Below the pieces are notes generated by a model that did not search any database, had not been told where the DNA came from, and saw nothing but the letters and a program-made list of their open reading frames with translations. Made by a program: the position numbers and the translations under genes. Below, piece by piece: positions 59,401-64,000 of a stretch of DNA of 64,000 nt. The stretch is from Balanoglossus misakiensis (taxonomy: Eukaryota; Animalia; Hemichordata), in the NCBI GenBank assembly GCA_040954595.2, contig CM082595.2, positions 9,537,918 through 9,601,917 on the forward strand. The letters are read 5' to 3'. Every line of letters begins with the position of its first letter. Positions within the stretch are counted from its first letter, which is position 1.

Positions 59401-62400
59401 ATGTTGGATGACCTCGGGTGACCTTTGACCTACTTTTGCATATCTCGACATCCACAGCAGATACAGCCTTGGCGTTTGGAGGTATGGGGCAATAATGAAA
59501 AGCCAAAGTTTTGGGTCACCTGTGACACCTGCTTAACTCATTATTTATGTGCATACCTAATTCCGGGCTAACCAAAAGGGCTAGAGGTCTGGTTTTTGTT
59601 GGACATGGACCACTATGGGTCAAAATTTTCTGCCCAAATTTTGGGTGACCTCAGATGACCTTTGACCTACTTAACACTATATCAGCACCAAACATAGATA
59701 TAACCTTGATATTTCATGGGATAAAACACAGCATTATGTTTTTACTCATTAATTATGTGCATATCTAATAATCTGATCAGATAATAGAGCTTGGGCCCGG
59801 ACAATGCTGCTTGCAGCTTTAATCTTTCTTTCTTTCTTTCTTTATTCTTCTGTCATTTCTTTGTCGCTCTAGATCTCAGACACCACTGCAGGTACAGTTC
59901 TCAAACTTGCTACAGTGGTCAAGGTCAATGAGTAGTCGTGCATTGAACCCATGAATTTTTAATTAGTCACATGACCTGGCGGCCATCTTGGATTTTCTGA
60001 AAAAATGCAAATCTCAGATCTCAGAAACTACAAGTCAGATCGACTTCAAATTTGGCGTGCAGGTAGACTACCTTCTGTCAAACATTTTTGTAATTGGAAA
60101 TTATGCTGTCAATGTTGCAGTTTTTTTGCTACAATTTTTTTTCTGAAATCTGGCTTAAATTTCAAAAATCTTCTTCTCCAGAACTGGTGATAACCGAGAC
60201 ATGGGGTTTGGGGTATGTGGTCACCTAACTGATGTCTATCAAGTTTGCGAAGATCATTGTGATTGGTCGAAGATTATGGCGGCCATATTGGATTTTCGAA
60301 AAACCCTAGTAAAATTTCAAAAATCTTCTTCTCGAGAACCGGCGATAACCGAGTCACAAGATTTTGTGTGTGTGGTCATTCAACAGATGTCTATCAAGTT
60401 TGCGAAGAGGAATGTGATTGGTCGAAGATTATGGCGGCCATATTGGATTTTGTGAAAAACGATTAAAAAGTAAAAATTCCCTTTCTAGCCTAAAAATTGA
60501 TAGCACAGAAATTCTTTTTATGGATATGAATCATCATATAACAAGAATAAGCTATAAATATTTTGGTAATTTTGGCAATGACCTTTGACCTACTTTTGAC
60601 GCATTAATTTTCTGCATATCTAATTCCAGGCTAACCAATAGGGCTATAAGTTTGGTTTTTGATGTATGTGGATTTGTATGTGATCAAAAAATTTTGGTAC
60701 TTTTCATGACCCCTTTGACCTCTGCTGACCTCATTAAATATGCGCATACCTAATTACAGATGAACCAATAGACCTAGAGGTTTTGTTTTTGTTGGACAGG
60801 ACAAGTATAGGGTCAAAATTTTTTACCCAAATTTTAGGTGACCTCTGGTGACCTTTGACCTAATTTCGCAAATCTCAGCATCCACAGCAGATACAGCCTT
60901 GGCGTTTGGAGGTATGGTGCCATAATGAAAAGCCAAAGTTTTGGGTCACCTGTGACACCTGCTTAACTCATTATTTATGTGCATACCTAATTCCGGGCTA
61001 ACCAAAAGGGTTAGAGGTCTGGTTTTTGTTGGACATGGACCACTATGGGTCAAAATTTTCTGCCCAAACTGTGGGTGACCTCTGACCTACTTAACACTAT
61101 ATCAGCACTAAACATAGATATAATCTTGATATTTCATGGGATAAAACACAGCATTATGTTTCTACTCATTAATTATGTGCATATCTAATAATCAGATCAG
61201 ATAATAGAGCTTGGGCCCGGACAATGCTGCTTGCAGCTTTAATCTTTCTTTATTCTTATGTCAATCTTTGCTCTCCTAGATCTCTGAAACGGCTACAGGT
61301 ACACTTCTCAAACTTGCTACAGTGGTCAAGGTCAATGAGTAGATGTGCAGTGGCTTGTGAATATTTAATTAGTCACGTGACCTGGCGGCCATATTGGATT
61401 TTCTGAAAATCTTTAAATGGCTTCTTCTCAAAAACCACAGGGCCAATCAAGTTCAAATTTGGTGTATGGTACACATGTCCTCTGCCCTTCAAAGTTTGAC
61501 AATAAAATCCTGAGCGGTCACGTGACTTTGGCCGCCATATTGGATTTTCGAAAAAGTACAGTAAAATCTTCAAAAATCTTCTTCTCCAGAACCGGCAATA
61601 ACCGAGTCATGGGATTTAGGGTATGACATCACCTAACTGATGTCTATCAAGTTTGCGAAGAGCGTTGTGATTGGTCGAAGATTATGGCGGCCATATTGGA
61701 TTTTGTAAAAACCAGCGAAAATTAAGAAATCATATTTCTAGTCTAAAAATAGATAGCATACACATTCTTTTTATGGATATGAGTCGTGATATGACTAGAA
61801 TATGTTGCAAATATTTTGGAAATTTTCACATGACCTTTGACCTACTTTTTTAAGAACCTGCATATATGCATATATAGCTCATACTACGTGTTCTAAATGT
61901 ACCAGAGTTCTGATTTTTGTGCACATTGGTATCATCCCTGCCAGGACCTACCCCAAATATTTTGGTAATTTTGGCAATGACCTTTGACCTACTTTTGACA
62001 CATCGTTTTTTTCTGCATATCTAATTCCAGGCTAACCTATAGGGCTATGATTTTGGTTTTTGATGTATGTGGATTTGTATGTGATCAAAAAATTTCGCTA
62101 CTTATCATGACCCCTTTGACCTCTGCTGACCTCATTAAATATGCGCATACCTAATTACAGATGAACCAATAGACCTAGATGTTTGGTTTCTGTTGGACAT
62201 GAACCAGTATTGGGTCAAATTTTTTTGGCCAAATGTTGGGTGACCTCGGATGACCTTTGACCTACTTTTGCATATCTCGACATCCACAGCAGATACAGCC
62301 TTGGCGTTTGGAGGTATGGGGCCATAATGAAAAGCCAAAGTTTTGGGTCACCTGTGACACCTGCTTAACTCATTATTTATGTGCATACCTAATTTCGGGC

Positions 62401-64000
62401 TAACCAAAAGGGCTAGAGATCTGGATTTTGTTGGACATGGACCACTATGGGTCAAAATTTTCTGCCCAAATTGTGGGTGACCTCTGGGTGACCTTTGACC
62501 TACTTAACACTATATCAACACCAAACATAGATATAACCTTGATATTTCATGGGATAAAACACAGCATTATGTTCCTACTCATTAATTATGTGCATATCTA
62601 ATAATCAGATCAGATAATAGAGCTTGGGCCCGGACAATGCTGCTTGCAGCTTTAATTAGGGCCCAAGCCCAGCAGGCTTGGGCCCTATTGGTATTACTGG
62701 GGTTTTTCTTCTACTTCTTCTTCTTCTTGTGTCATTTTTTTGTCCAGCTAGATCTTGAAAACGGCTGAACCTACAAATCTCACATTTGGCACAATGGTGC
62801 AGGCCAATGAGAGCTAGTGCAGTACCCTTGTGAATGTTAAATTAGTCACGTGACCTGATGACCATATATGGGCAAAGTTTTCAAATCGACCTAATTTGCA
62901 TATGAATGGAGATATCAAAATTCTTTTAGCAACTTTTGCGGACCATGTGGCCAGGGTTCTACATGCCAAATGTCAAGGCCATTGGCCATTCCAATTTTGA
63001 GAAGAAGATTTTTAAGTATTATTTTTCATATTTTTTACCAAGCCATGGGCCTATACTTTCCATAGTAAAGCCATGACCACATATTATTTTGGATAAATAT
63101 GCATACATATCTCAAAATCTGTCAGGCCAATCTTCTTCAACTTTGGTATGCAGCTAGCCTAGCATTTGTCAATAATTTCAAGCGAAAAAAAATAGTATGA
63201 AAAATCGACCGATTTTTTTATATTAATTTTTTTATTAAATAATACCTTTACTTATACCTCTATGGATAAGCTATGTCCATGTCTTATTGTGGAATTCTGG
63301 TCTGTGCAATAGTCCTGTACAGTGACTGTCTATTGGTCGGTGAGCACAATGGCACCAAAATAAAAGGCACAATTTTAGGCTCACCTGTAACACCTGCTTA
63401 ACTCATTAATTATGTGCATACCTAATTCTGGGCTAACTAAGAGGGCTAGAGGTTTCGTTCTTGTGGGACATGGACCAGTATACGGTCAAAATTTCTTGCC
63501 CAAATTTTGGGTGACCTCAGGTGACCTTTGACCTACTTTCCTATATCTTGGCATCCAGAGCAGGTACAGACTTGGCGTTTGGAGGGTTGGGACTAAAATT
63601 GAAAAGGCAACACTGGGGGTCACCTGTGACACCTGCTTAACTCATTAATTATGTGCATACCTAATTCTGGGTTAACTAAGAGGGCTAGAGGTTTCGTTCT
63701 TGTGGGACATGGACCAGTATAGGGTCAAAATTTCTTGCCCAAATTTTGGGTGACCTCAGGTGACCTTTGACCTACTTTCCTATATCTCTGCATCCAGAGC
63801 AGGTATAGACTTGGCGTTTGGAGGGTTGGGACTAAAATTGAAAAGCCAAAATTGGGGTCACCTGTGACACCTGCTTATCTCATTAATTATGTGCATACCT
63901 AATTCCAGGCTAAGCAATAGGGCTAGAGGTTTGATTTATGCTGACCATGGACCAGTATGGGGTCAAAATTTTTTGCCCAAATTTTGGGTGACCTTTGACC
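56438..64000 (-). mobile_element. Tandem array of Helentron-like non-autonomous elements (higher-order repeat of ~1.42 kb with ~158-bp and ~240-bp subrepeats)
   Basis: End motif GCTTGGGCCCGGACAATGCTGCTTGCAGCTTTAAT at 58370, 59789, 61209 and 62622. GGGCCCAAGC..GCTTGGGCCC hairpins at 56438-56722 and 62659-62685, with CTT(T) microsatellites. Confidence 0.75.

Noticed and set aside
56423-62338. Repeated short ORFs in the terminal array
   Set aside because: They arise from tandem repeat units and show no protein motifs.

Overview
Repeat-dense, AT-rich eukaryotic DNA with spliceosomal GT-AG signals, LINEs, LTR retrotransposons and satellites. An invertebrate animal is likely, but this is inference. 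There is no intact host gene. From left to right: (1) a tRNA-like cloverleaf and a ~308-bp satellite, interrupted by an L2-type LINE, itself interrupted by a 5.8-kb LTR retrotransposon with one open gag-pol ORF, CG..CG termini and a 3-bp TSD (Troyka-like); (2) duplicated and inverted exons of an OB-fold-like gene plus a GC-rich gene fragment; (3) a ~40-kb inverted duplication (arms 16.6-27.6 kb and 44.1-56.4 kb) whose arms are themselves nested palindromes around an unusually conserved ~220-bp twin-hairpin core and begin with outward-facing promoter/first-exon motifs; (4) in the spacer, a signal-peptide exon, a Gmr1-type (integrase before RT) Gypsy element carrying a nested RT-less Gypsy that is scrambled with inverted copies of its own sequence, and a pentraxin-like exon fragment; (5) a Helentron-like higher-order tandem array from 56.4 kb to the window end. 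All alignments were done by eye, and family names are from recall of motifs, not database searches.
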